Below, piece after piece: positions 37,218-51,200 of a stretch of 64,000 bases of DNA; positions within the stretch are counted from its first letter, which is position 1; the number at the start of each line of letters is the position of its first letter. Source of the stretch: Ophelia neglecta. Lineage: Eukaryota. The stretch is from positions 69,688,001-69,752,000 of the forward strand of contig OZ260664.1 in assembly GCA_965285935.1 (NCBI GenBank). The letters are read 5' to 3'. The notes under the pieces are model-generated. The model was not told the DNA's origin, made no database searches, and saw only the letters and a list, made by a program, of their open reading frames with translations. A program made the translations under genes and the position numbers.

Positions 37218-39122
37218 TTAGCCACCAGAATGAGGTAATGTTAAACTGTCTACTGTGATTTTCCTCTACATCTTTCTACATAAACGCTATGGGCATTCAA
37301 TTCATTGAAATATGGGTGACCACTAATTTCTTTTATGAGCTAATATCCGGGAAACACTTAAGCAAGTCGAAATTTGTGGTGAAGGGTTTAATTTCATTAA
37401 CCATTGAGCATTTAGTTGTGTCTGGCAGGTCGCTGGTATTCTTTTCACTTTAGATGCAGGATCTGTTAATAAAGCATTCATCACAAGGCTTATAAATAAA
37501 AGTAGGCACCTAAGTTGCAAAAGCCACCCGAAAACCACGCTATTATAGATACCGTTTACACATGATAAAGCATGTGTGGTTTATATTCCGGGTCTCAAGC
37601 TTTGTCCTTGCCAATTGCCCCCAAACACATTAGCTACAAAATTGATTCCTTGGGAGACTGCGGGTGACACTTATAGATGAATTTGAACTGATTTAATAGA
37701 CAATTTTCTTCGCTGAACCTGTTGTTTGTCGGTTTTCCACTTCCCCTTTACCAAGAAAGAGCACAATAGTGTACACATATACGTAGTTTGTAATGTCGAC
37801 AACAAAGATAGGGTAGGCCTACTAACAGAAAAAAACGCAGAGAGGCCAAACGCTTTACAGCGTACCTGTCTTCTCGAAGGGCTGGAACCGAATTACATGT
37901 AACGAATTCGTTTATTTTCACCAGCACCACAGTGGACACTTTGTAAAGAAACAAACACCTATATTTATTGGCGTCGTTGTTCGAGTTCTCCCTTGAATAT
38001 CCCGACCGCCCGTAGGCCCTTATCATGTTCTGATTACACTTAGGGCCTCGCCAGTTTAGTGTGTCTTAATTTATTATTAATTAATTCGGGCATACAGTAG
38101 AATATTATATATTTTATTTTATTTAAGCTAATTTTTGGTTAGGCGTAGGATATCGGTATTTGTGGACATGCAGCTGGTGGTTACTGGTGATTTCTTACCA
38201 CTTTATTTGGCTATTCCTGATCTAAACGCAGCATCACATAGGCCTATAGAGCACTAACAATCTTCACAGTCTTTGTAACTTTAATCAATCAACTTCATTT
38301 CTTTAGATGCATATTAACATCACTATAACCAATTCAACTTAAGACATTCTTTTTACATGATCTGATAATAGAAGCCATCATCTCTAATTCTCATTACCTC
38401 CTTTCAGGAAATAAAGGGTATTTTGTGGAAAACTAACCACCAAAAAGCGCGCTCGGCTTCTGAGTCAGCAAACGTTTCGAATTGCCATGGGCTTTTGTTG
38501 TGTCTAGGTGGGTGGGGTCGTGAGATGAGAGTTACAAAGCCCAAATGCTTTACAATGCATGCAAAAGGGACTTAACTCGTTTTTATAAAGTCTAGGAAGC
38601 AGACAGAAAAACAATGATATTGTATCAAGTAAGGCTTGTATACAAGTAAAATGTAATTTGTGGTAGAAATGTGCCCTGATAATTCAGCAAACGACTCGGT
38701 TACTCACAGATTATTACCGATTTATAATCAATGGATTATTTCTTGATTTATTTGTGCTTATCTGCCGGCTACCCACTCCCGCTTAACCGTGTGTACTCCT
38801 AAATTAATAAATTGTCAAGTGCGAGTCGCCTTCTGTATAGGTGAACAAATAACATGACGATAGAACGGATGTTGGCATTTCTATAATAGGAGTATTACGA
38901 GGTGTGCTAGAATAAAGTGTTTTGCAATATTCGCTGGCGCCATCATGCCAAAGAACGATTATTAGTTGGATAAAACCTAGTTCAGTATGCTGTACAAAGC
39001 GTATGTGCTTGTTATCGAAGATCTTACACAGGCCGAGTGTCACCATCAATGTCATAATTCTAAAATTTATGACGCACGTGTCTCATATAGAACGGAAATC
39101 AAATAACGCCTAACAGTAGAAG

Positions 39123-39124
<2 letters not shown>

Positions 39125-39156
<32 letters not shown>
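39125..39156. repeat. (AT)n microsatellite
   Basis: About 16 uninterrupted AT units. Confidence 0.95.
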
Positions 39157-39158
<2 letters not shown>

Positions 39159-39255
39159 TTATTCGTACATGTATATGTGTACACAATGTTAGAAAAGTAC
39201 AAAAAGTTTACATAAAGTTAATTAGTGCATAAGGAGGTGATGGAAAAGCCTATTT
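39125..39255 (-). mobile_element. Probable LINE (L2/CR1-type) 3' terminus
   Basis: The minus strand reads ...cttttccatcacctccttatgc...ttgtactttt...tgtacgAATAAAg followed directly by (AT)n. This AATAAA-plus-microsatellite tail layout is typical of such LINE ends. Confidence 0.4.
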
Positions 39256-42200
39256 CCTCCAAGTTCAAGAAAGTGGTATCCTCAGCTTTTCGTCCGGGCA
39301 AAGCTTAAAACATTTCTGAAGAGAAATTAATTCTGTTTCATATTATCGTACACTGAGCACTTATCACTTTGGTGCCTTGCCCGAAGCAGTTTAAAAGATC
39401 CTACCCAAATCGTAAATGCTTGTGCGAAAAAAAATGAACCTTTAAGTCAAATCTTATTTATTCAAATGACTATGTGTATCTTGTGTTAAAATGAAGCAAT
39501 GACCTTAACAAATAAAAAAATAATAGCAGTCTTTGTATAGCGCTTAGTATCCTAGTGCTTGGACCCGTCTTTGGAGATAATTTCATCATTCATCTCTACA
39601 GTTGGTGAGAGCTTTGAGCATAATAGACGCACAAAGGGCATATTTAATCTCTGTCCTGCGTTGACCATTCGTTTGTTATGTTCTGACTCGCATCATGGAA
39701 AACGTGTATTTATTTCTTTTACTTGTATAATTTTGATGGCATTCCCAATTTGTATATGAAGATCTAATTGTCGAATAATACATAGGAACCCTCGCCATTT
39801 CTCAGACATTTAATTGTCTTGCTCTTCAATATTTGTTCAGTGTTTTTACATCATGTATTCCTAAAAATGAATCATATTGGCTGTAAAGGAAAATTCTCGG
39901 ATCCTTTTAGCATGATATCATTATGATATTATACTATTTATTTTATAAAGGCCCCATATATGTACCATGTTCGGCAACGCTGTACCTAAGTAGGAGAATA
40001 CATTGATAATACAAATACCACGAGATAAAATAAAATGAGTTAAGATCCGAAGAATATTAAAATCCTTCCAAAATGAAAGTTTATAAGTAGGCCAGCTTAA
40101 CCAAGTGGGTTTTGAATCCCCTTTTAAAAATAGCAATACTGATAGCACCTCTAATATGGTGTGGCAATGAGTTCCGTAAAAGTACACATATTATATTTGA
40201 AGGTTCGTTTTTTTTCCTTTTTCCCAAACTATGTTTCACTTGAAACCTATCGTTTGGACTTGCACTAAGAGGCCAAAATTTGCTTTACTACCATAACAAC
40301 ATTCACTTAGTTGAACGAAAGCTGGCAGGCGATTTCGCTGCTTTCATATCTTATGTATGGACTCATATTATGGCACTGATTTGGAATAAAACATTGCACT
40401 TAATGAAGCATTATTTTGGTACATCCATAGTATGGTTGCTCCATTACTAAAGCATCAACTCATTACCAAAGGATCAACTTATAGTCAATTTAATGTTGGC
40501 GAGCCTAGGGCCGATGTATGTCGGTGTGGGGCTGGTAATGCCGGCTGATTTTGGACACGTTTAATGGAATCTTCTTGATCAGTGCTTTAATTTTAATAGA
40601 CTTTGTCTGCCGGGTATTAACTCGCGTTTTTTGGAAAGGAAATTGAAAGTCGGAGAGACGAACCAGTCCAAACAACAGAAAACGTACATAGCTACCCCGT
40701 TTTTAGTATGTCAACGGCATAATTGTTCTAGAAAATTGATATAACATGGTCTATCCTTCGTTTGTACCTGTTACGATTGAGTTGTGACTGGACACGCGCA
40801 TGTGCATCTCCAATGCCACAACCTAAAACATGTGCACATTTCCCCTAGTAAAGATGGATTGTATTGAAATATTTTTTTTAAATTCAAAACCGTTCCAGCA
40901 TTTATTTTTGTTCCGAGTCTATAAAACCAATGGCCAAATAAAGTTTGACAACAAATCTATTAATCAACCAATACAACTGGAGGAGACATGTTATAGTTAT
41001 TCACCCTTTTCTCCAAAAAATTCCAATATAAATATATATAATTTGTACTAACCAGATTGTTTAAATTCCTCCTTTCGTAAATATTTGTTTTTGTTAGCAG
41101 GCTCAACATCCATATATCTTTGCTTCAATGGAGGAACTTGGTGTCTTAGTCAAACTATGATAATCAATCTAATTCACTGGAATACAAATGACAGTTCTCA
41201 AGTTGTCACTCGATGTACTGCTAGCGACGATACATTGCTGTCAATGAAAATCAGGTAACTTTCGGAAATTTATATGATATCCATGCATTCTTTCATTTCG
41301 TGAGATCTATGAAGACATTGTGCAGGTAACACCTTCATTTGTGTGCGTAAAGGTGATTCAGACGACTGAAAAAATCGCCAATTATTTTTGGGCCAGCTGT
41401 CAAATAAATAAGCTTTATCAGTATACATCACATTGTGTACTGAGAATATTGACTTCTCCCTTATCTATTTGGTTTGGGCTTGGCTGCTTTAAAGTCGAAC
41501 AAAGGAGCACGCCCATTCCTTTTATGGATGAAGCTAAAATAAATAGACCTATGATTTTTGTTCCGAGGTTTTCTTCCACCTGAGTTGTTTCAGGCGTGTC
41601 TTAAATTGGTGGTGAAAGTCATCCACAAAATGAATCATTCAATTCCTCATGGATTTGAAGAGTTCTTTCATGAGAGCCATTTTGACATTCCTTTGACATG
41701 ACATGTAGGGGAAATTGCTGTCCTTTAAGATATTTTGGTCTGACGTATCCGTAACAGCAGACTACCAACGATCATAGAAACAAAGCCCATTGATAGACCT
41801 TTTTTGACAAAAGTAATTTTCACACAAAAAGCATGATGTGGGTTTACCGAATTATCAAGAAAATAACGTATAGTAAAAGAGTAAGTTTCACTAATATTAA
41901 TTGTATAAATAAACGCTGCTGTCACATTTCGAGACATCAGCAAGTCGCCTGGATCTTTTAAAGGTCCAGTGCCGCATGAGCGCTGCATCCTACAGATATC
42001 AAAGCACAAAATAATGTCTTAACATCCAAGGGAAGGGTTGTTAAACATAGAGGATGGGCCGCATACAGAACCATAGAGTGAGGCCCAAATTACTGAAAAG
42101 GCAGGGATTATTAAGCCTATTAGGAACTAGGTTATCAACATGAAACATTTTGACGATAATTACAAAATTGCAATTTGACGCTGATTACTAAACACCAGGA

Positions 42201-45200
42201 ATATTCACGGATGCGTCATGTTTTCAAGTCAAATTGTGAACGGTTCCATTTAGGATAGAAACACCCTAAGTAAATAGCCTGATACGTCATTGCCAGCTGA
42301 ATATTAAGAAAATGAAAAAAAAACAGGAAAAAAGATATGACACAGATATAAACTTGCAAAGATTCATATAATGGAAGTAATCTCCTTTTAATAAGTGATA
42401 TGTTACTGTGCTACTTGATCACTCCTTTGAAATATTTAATATGTACAATTACAGTCAATTAAATGCAAATATAATAACATAGTTTGTCACGAATAAATAT
42501 TACAAATTTGGGCATGTACATGAATTTTGTGAGCAGTTTTTTGGGAGGGGGGGGTGCTGTTGAATGGTATTTGTCGGTACCCAGCTTGTAGTTCCGGAGG
42601 CTTTGGGAATTATTCAATTCATTATTCCAAACTAAAGTTATTTTTTATTTGCCGGGTATCCACTCCAAATTTGTCGTCTTTAAACACGATTATTTTGGCA
42701 AAGGATAGAACATTGCAATAGTCAGAAAATGTGCTTCATTATTCAACTATATAAATTATTTATTTTCGTTCACTAACACGGTTGTTCTTATTTGTATTCA
42801 TAGTTTGTTTATGACGAACGCTTGACTTTTATATTCCCTTCTTCATAAGAATAGAAATAAGTAAGATTTTCTAATAGTTAACTACCATTTGGCAAGGAAT
42901 GTTCTGATTTCTTCAGCATACGAGGTATACACATCGAGATTTGTGGCCATCGTTCGATCGGGTAATTCATTCGTCCGTTTTTAGTAATGAACACATAGCC
43001 CTAGTCGCAAAATAACTGACCAGGGCTCGAAATGACGGCAGTTTAAAACGCAAAAACTTATTCCACCAATTTATTACACATCTCTCAAAGACTTGTGGAA
43101 TCCTAAGAATAATCCCATCAGACCACGAGGGGAGTCAAAATACTATGTTCATGTTGAAGTTCTAATAATCATTCGCAGTTACATTCGCAGTAAACGACTG
43201 AACTGGCTTTAAATGATCTACTCCCTTCAACATAGAGCTAGGATCTAAGTGCAACTGTCGAGAAAACATAAAACCGTGTTTCTCTACTAAATTCAAAAAT
43301 CATAAATTTATTTCTTTTGTTATCAATTTCTGGGGACAACGCCATCTTTGGCTTAAATCTAGATGTGAAAGTTCAGTCTATGAGAGACTCTACTGAGGCA
43401 TATTACATCATTTTCCTTTGTTGACAACCGACACTAGCGTTTCGTGATCAGACTCAAGTCATGACAGACTCGACATCTTCTCTTTGATACCGAGATCAGC
43501 TTTAATTCATGTCATTTTTTCACTGTATGGAACATTATGAATCAAGGATATTGGTGCGTCTGCCGAGTATTCATTCCCTTTGTTTATGTGTTTTATAGTT
43601 AGAAACGCCTGCTAAATTATAAAAATGCTGCATATTAATGTGGTCTGTCTTGCAATAGAAATTGCTACTTCAATGCTGGTCTTATATATAAGGTTACTCT
43701 TTAGGCCTGATTATTTCATTTATACTGGAGTCGGTATCATTCATTGTGTTGGAAGTCTCTGGACCCCTATGTTCAACACGCCGGTTTAGCTAGCTAGGAA
43801 ATAACAGGGTGCCAGACATCAATACGATTATCCATGTTCAGAAAAATAGGGATTTTGGACATGCCAAACCCGTACCTACAAGTATCTATTATTTAAGGTC
43901 ACTTGCTGCCAAATTGGCTCTAGATGCCCGGTTGTTCAGCAGAGGCGATATCCTACTGCTACCATTGACCCCGGGGATTAGCCTAATGTTTGGATGTTGC
44001 GGATTGTGTTCTAATCATTGTTCAACCTTTGGGGATCTGGTTACGATTTGATCGGCCTTTTTTTCTATATTTCAGAACAGTACGGCTTATTTTGATGCCC
44101 AATTTACGTATACTTAATTCTCCATAGGCCCCGTCTAGTCCCGTAGCATGTTTTATGCCAACTGGCGGTAAATAAATGATTAATCATCAATAAAAGATAA
44201 ATGTGTGTAATAACCTATATTTCTCGCTAGCATTTACGCATGTCAGAGCATCTGTTTGGACCAGAACCAACTTAACACGCAGTGACCGTTCTCCAGTGCT
44301 TAGACAGTTGAGTGTACGGATGGGTCGACAAAACGTGTAAATACCAATTAGTAGGTAACGGTAATCATTTATCGTTTTCCATTTGCTTAATGGAGAGGGG
44401 GTTTAGTTCCCCTTAATATCGTTTACACCCCCACCCCCCAATTCACACACCCATTCATGTATCGTGTATCATCTCGCTATATTTGGTAAATAAATCATAC
44501 TTTCGACCAACCCAACCCGCAACACTCGAACAGTCTTAGTCAATAATAGCATCACTAGTAAACAAATATATTACTATGAGAACAATGGAAAAAGCAGCAG
44601 CGAGAGAGACTTTGCGTCAAAGACATAATAGGCTACGATTACAAATGTAACAAAAATAGTTTGTCCAATTTTAACGTTTCCGAACAAGTATTGTGTAGTG
44701 CGAAGTGCCTATCGTTATAGCGGTGGTGTTTGGGTGTCGGGGGAGGAGTGTATATCTTTTCACCCGAAAAGTGTATCCTATTGATATTCACCTTTTTGAC
44801 ACAAATGCACTTATAATGTCTTCTCAATTCAATGGACAATAGACTTGCAAACAGGATCAAAATGGTTATAAGTGTGCATGAATAAATCAAATGATACCGT
44901 CATATCTTATTTAACAATGTTTAGTTACATGATCTTTTGTGTGAGTGGATATTTCATCTAAGAAACAGTAAACACAGATATAATGATTATAGGTATCATA
45001 AGCATTGACGTAGGGTCTCTCGGAATCCAAGTAAACCTTTTATTTTAAATTTTAGGTCCAAATTAATACTTTATGTAATATGTATATTCACAAATGCTAG
45101 AACCAACAAGAATATTGTAAATAATAAGAGGACCTAAATTCTTTTATTTTCGTTGCATAAATTCTATCCATTGTTGTGATACACCATTTAATTCACTATT

Positions 45201-48200
45201 AACGTTAACACTAGCTCGTTACTATGTCCTATTATATTCCTCTTGATTCTTAGTGCTGAAATTAAAGCCACTTTCGGAACTGAATAACATTCGCCAACCT
45301 TCTGTAGCTCAGTTGTAATATTTTTACCACTCTGAAGTGCCCACGATGATTCGAGTGCTCTTCAAGACGCGATGACGGCAATATTTTTACCCAATTTTAT
45401 TAAATTGATTGCACCTGTTTGCACCTTTATTGGCATGACTGCAAGTTAAGACTTATTCCATGATTACTCCCATTACATGACATAAAATAAAAATACATGA
45501 AATAAAATCCGGTAAAATGTTTATAGGGCCTACTCCGTAAACACTGTGTAGGTCATAATTATATCACGGTCTAGGAAGATTGCCTTTTCAAAGTCGCAAA
45601 CAATATGTGTTACTAACATTCAATCAATCCACTCAATTGTCTTTATTCAACGCGCTCCATCACTTTAACTAGCCATTCGCTTTTTTAACTCGCTGCTCGA
45701 CCCATGACCAGAATAACGTGACGAGACCCTTGGTTTTATACTTCTGACACCAGGGGGATATTTCGAGTAAAGCACATTACGTCCAGCAATGTATGAACAG
45801 TCACTGTTTTAGCTGATTTGTTATGGGCACCAACTTCCAATTATTCTTTAATGATGATTGCATTGTGTGTTGCCCTGCAACAGCAATCTTATTCGTCCAG
45901 CGATGCAAAAGAATATGTACTGAACCAAAAACAGTTCTTATTAGTTTCGAACACTGTTTACTGTAAAGGATAAGACAATTTGGTGTTGTCATTTTAAAAG
46001 AGTGATAGTTGTTTTTTAATATAATCATTTTATATGTTTATAATGTTGTCATGTATAAATCCGAGGCGCATATTGGTCATCACTCGTTATACTAGTACAT
46101 CCTCGTTCGGTGAAGACTACGTTTAATTTCTCATAAGCAATTTGCTCTTAATTCCTAGGTAAACAATTAATCAGCTTGTGTCAAGTTCAGATTGTCCTGA
46201 TTCCATCGAACTATTTTTTGCTTTATAATTAAAGATGAATACATGAATACTCGCGGAATGGTAGTAGAGAAATTACATTGAGTGAATCATAAACGTGCCT
46301 CGTATGCTTGTGGCATAATATGTGTATAAATTTTTCCTTCCTTTAATATGAAAACAGAGCACTAGGTGCATGCCTAAATCTCTATTTTCAGTCGGACACT
46401 TGACGGAGATTTGCTAAGGAGATCCATTAAAGACTCAGACAGTGCCATTATCCAGCGAATTATAGGCTTCTCATACAGATTTGTTTTAGCCGCTTAAGTG
46501 GGTGACTAATGGAATAAAAGGAAAAACATCACTAGGCCGCCCTATTGAATCAAAAAAGTGTCACAGGAAAATAGTTGATGATAATCCGCCACCTTGATAC
46601 ATTTTTCATTCTTTTCAGGAAGTTAAAATCAAATAACTGTCACACCAGAATTTCAGTACTTTACCAGGCAATTTAAGCCATCCGTCTCCATACACACACG
46701 TTAGGCAATGGCGCTCATATTTAAGACGGGTTTTTTAAAACTAGTGTTCTATTTCTATAGCAATCGATTTAACAAATGCTATTGATAAATAACAATTACC
46801 AGAATGCCATCAAGGTGTAAGGACTATTCACACATTAAAATGGCTCGATTCTTTGCATACTCTGCCAAGTTATTCAACTTTATGCAAGGAAGATTGGGGA
46901 CAATTTTAATTACAGGCTCGACAGTATATTTTTTATGATAGAAATAATTTAAACAAGCTGACTCTGACACGCAAAATACAAAGCTAGAGACATTTAAAAT
47001 ACACTTCAGTTTTTTCAAGCCATAAAATCTTATTATTATTCATTTCATGTTGCATTATTTCTCAACAGTTTATAATATGACAATGGTGACTAATGACTAG
47101 ACTTCTACTTTAATTATGGAATCGTAATAAATTTCTTGTTCCAATTTTTAAACAAAATTGTTCCCTTTTATCATTGACGTAACCTATACATTTTCCCTGA
47201 GTTCAGGAATTCTCCTGTCATTCTATTGATTTTGAGATTGGTCCCATGACTGTGTGGGCCACAATATGCCCGGCACCAACTGTTCATTGCTTTACCATTA
47301 CTTGATCAGCGGCTTCCTCAAACAACTACACAATCGAAGATAACGCTTGACCCCAATTCCATTATTGTCTTCCCTTCCGAGTTTAGATGGCATGCCAGCT
47401 ACAAGGATGCTATAATGCCAGTCCTTTTCGAGGGAAATACGCTGTCAAATGAATGACTGCCTGAGAAGTAATTTCCTCTGTGGTCGTTTTATGTGATTGC
47501 TTTTCAGAAGGGAACCGATGTTTGAACATTTAATCCCCATAGTTGACGATTTATATATATTTATATATGATATACATCTATATATTTATATCACATATAA
47601 AACGATTTTTCCAGTGAATGATATATTTCTTTCTGCAAATATTAAACCATATTTTAATATGTCTCGGGTGAATATTCTCTCTCGATGCATACAGTATTTC
47701 ACACAATATATGATTATCTCGGATTAAAATCAAAGCGTGGCAACAAGACATGGAAAGGTAAATCATCCACAGAAAACCAAAGGTTGCAGAAGACTGGACG
47801 CCACGCGTTCCTCTTAGTAGGACATGTAATAGGTGCTGTGTGCAAACCCCTACAAATGTAGGCGGAAATTCGATATCAACAAACTTTTAATATTTTTATC
47901 CATTACAAGAATCTTTACAAATATCTGGCTGCAATGCCATTAGGAGGAACTAACATAAAAGCAAAGCACATAAAGCAAAGAAATGCAATTGTTGGCTGTA
48001 TTTTACCGCTGATGGATTGAAGCCATAAAGCATGTAATTTAGGTTTATTAATATTGATATCACTTCTCATTTAATCACGGTGGGCTCCTCTTCCCATATT
48101 AGAAACCAAGAAACCTGATTACGACTGATCAGTTTAAGGAAACCCATAAACTGTTGGGATCATTGTGCACGGCACATCGGGGTTTGCTTCTTAACTGATA

Positions 48201-51200
48201 CTGCAAGGTGTTCTGTTTATTCTAACAAAAATAGAGCAATAACGGAGATCCAAGTTTAGCCGTCGTACGGACAATTTTATTTCCTGACTTAGTTCCAATA
48301 CTCAAATAGATCAATAAAATACGAAATCGGCCAGTAAAGCAAAATTGTTATCTGCGTCACTACGCCAATTTAAGTGCCACTTCAGGGAAGAATATAAATA
48401 TATGCCGTTTGGCCATTTGACACTATTCGTTAGAGATTAAAGCAGTCCGTTCGGATATACATAAATATATTTCAGAAATGACTTAACATTTTCACTGATT
48501 AGACGGAGAAAATATGGTGAAACTTAAATACGCGTCCCATGTCCTTCATTATTAAAAACAAACATTCTTGGCTAATACCGACTGGACCTGTGTCAATAAT
48601 TGCCAATTGCCCGATTTCGACCTGTACATCACCGACTGTGATATGTTTTAAACATGCGGAAATGCTCACGAAATATTTAGTATACTTAATGTTGCGATAT
48701 TTTTTAAGGTTGAATTTTACAAATTGCCCATTTAAAAGAAGTCTTCACGAATTGAACCTCCGGGAAGTTATTGTCACATATACCGGATGCATCTGGTGTA
48801 ACGTTACACTAACGTTTACAGGTACTGAAAAGCATTACCGGCAAATAAATATCACCTGATGGGCGCCAATTTTTATTATAACCTGGAGAGCCTTTTATAG
48901 CAACATCAAAGGAGTTGTTGCGATCAAAATATAAAATGCGAAGCTTGTGTTCCCTTTCAGTGATTATTTTCTTGTTTGATTGTTTGATGAGCCGCTTTGA
49001 AGTTGGGTCAATTAAAGAGACAGGTGCTTTTGTTAGAACATCATAACTATGATATATAGCTAATGAGTATATAGTGCAGCGCTCTCATAATTATACATTT
49101 AAAGAACAATCTTAATGCATTTTGCTAATATGCTTCCAATTGAATGGCTCTACCACGGTCAATGTCTACTGTTTTACGGAATATTGCCCAAAACAGTGTC
49201 GTATTGGGCAATGAAGTCAGAAATGTGTACACTTCCGTGCCTTTTATTCTGAAGAACAACGTGTCTTGCTCTTTTAGAATACACGTACAATGATGAAGTA
49301 TTAATTGGTTTGATGTTAGGACATCGTGGTGAATCTTATGCTTTCTGTTCACAAACACGATGTACATAGTTTGTCGTTTAATAACAAGTGACTAATTTCA
49401 TTATTACATTTATCTTACAATTAAAAGATACGAGAGCCTGTGCGGGAAATAAATGTGGAATTTTATAGATATTGATTAGGGAGTATGTTTCCTAATAACT
49501 GTTGTCATCACGCATGTACATTCAAGTTTAAGTTTGAGCTTGTTTCTGTTAATTTCATTTGCATGTCATTATGCGTCTGGTTTCTGCACTTTTTGGCCAG
49601 CAGGTAATAAATGAAAGAAAGGTGAAGATAATAATTAATTATCATCACTCCACTCTTCTTCCTTTGTAATGGCGGAGAATGTGACTCTCCTTTGTTGAAC
49701 AAGGAAGGTTATGTGTAACAGACCTCTGTAAGAACCAGAACTAGGAAGACTATTTTCAAAGGGAACACCAATTAGCGCGGGTGTTTTTGATTATTTCATC
49801 AAGTGCTGACCATCGTCATCATTTAATGAACATGAATAAAAAACACAGTTAAAAGAGTAAGTCAATGAGTTCCCCCTAAGCATTTCCCTTTGGAAATAAC
49901 ATTACAGTTCAGACGGCGCCTTTCCAGTGGTAGTAGTCGCTATTAGCCATTGTGTTTCAGCTGGACACTGACTTGGTTTATAGTACGTCCTCACCGATCT
50001 CTTTGTATTCTGCCACAAAACCTGCTCTGGAGAACATGGCTGTGACCCTAACAGTCCTGCACTACACGAGATGGTATCAGTGTAATTACGGGCGCCTGAT
50101 GCAATAAATATGGTCGTATCCAATGCCATTCTAACGATCCATTAGGCCAAGCAATGTATCATATTGATAGCAATTTGAGCAAGTAACAAAGATGGATGAC
50201 GAAGATGCAGACGAAAACCTGTTTATGACTTGATTACGGACAATATTTTAATATTACTCATATTTATTAATCTTTTTCGCTCAGATGGAGACCTGTATAT
50301 GACTTGATCAAGTAAACTCTTCTCATAATTCTTTACAAATGCTGATACATTTATAATTTCATTCCGATAAGTATACTATTAAAAACGGTCACAATTGGTC
50401 AAACAAGGTTAGCAGTTGTGGTAGGACCAGGCACGGATTCATTAACCGCCTGGGTTGTTTTCTCTTGGTGACTTTTACAAAGTGTTTACCACTAGCTGCA
50501 TGCTGCGGCAACACTGATAAACTCTGATAAACCTGGCAGATGTAGTGGACAATTCGTGATCACCGCATTTGGTTTATTTGCCGCGTATTCATGTTTTTAA
50601 ACATTTGAAAGGACATCTCCAACACAAAATATTTAAAGGTTCTATGCATTTATCGTCTATCAACATATATATCCGTAAAAACGGGGAATGGGCAATCGTC
50701 AGACAAAGCAACCCTTTAATCGAGAATAATCCATTCAGTAGCTCCGTTATCATGCGGAACATGCGAGTTGGATATGATACATGAAACGTTAATAATTCTT
50801 ATCCGACCATTTTTCCATTCAACACTCTTTTCAAGATATTAGTTTCATCTTAAAAGGCGATGCCTTCATTTTATCGTCCTCTCATCAAGAGGTTTATGAT
50901 ATATTTCTCTCTGATCTTAAAGCAAAGCCCCACACTGGTTGATCCTATATTCCAATGCCTTCATTTTCAAACATGAAAAAGATATGAAGATGTGTGATGC
51001 TAGCGTTGCGCACTTTCATCAACTAATATTAAAGGCGTTTCTGAAAAGGTAGCTTCCCGCGGCGGAAAGTAAAGTCAACCTTGACCTTTATTCAAACCTA
51101 TACACGTTTCGCTAGTAACCTGCTGTGACGTGTTTTCGTGCCTTATACATTGACATAATGACGTAAATTGCTGCGTCCAATCGAGAGAAGCTAAATATGC

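Noticed and set aside
49900-50150. Minus-strand A-box-like TGGCCTAATGG and 5S-like TACGACCATA
   Set aside because: There is no B box, cloverleaf or continued 5S similarity. At most it is an unidentifiable SINE relic.
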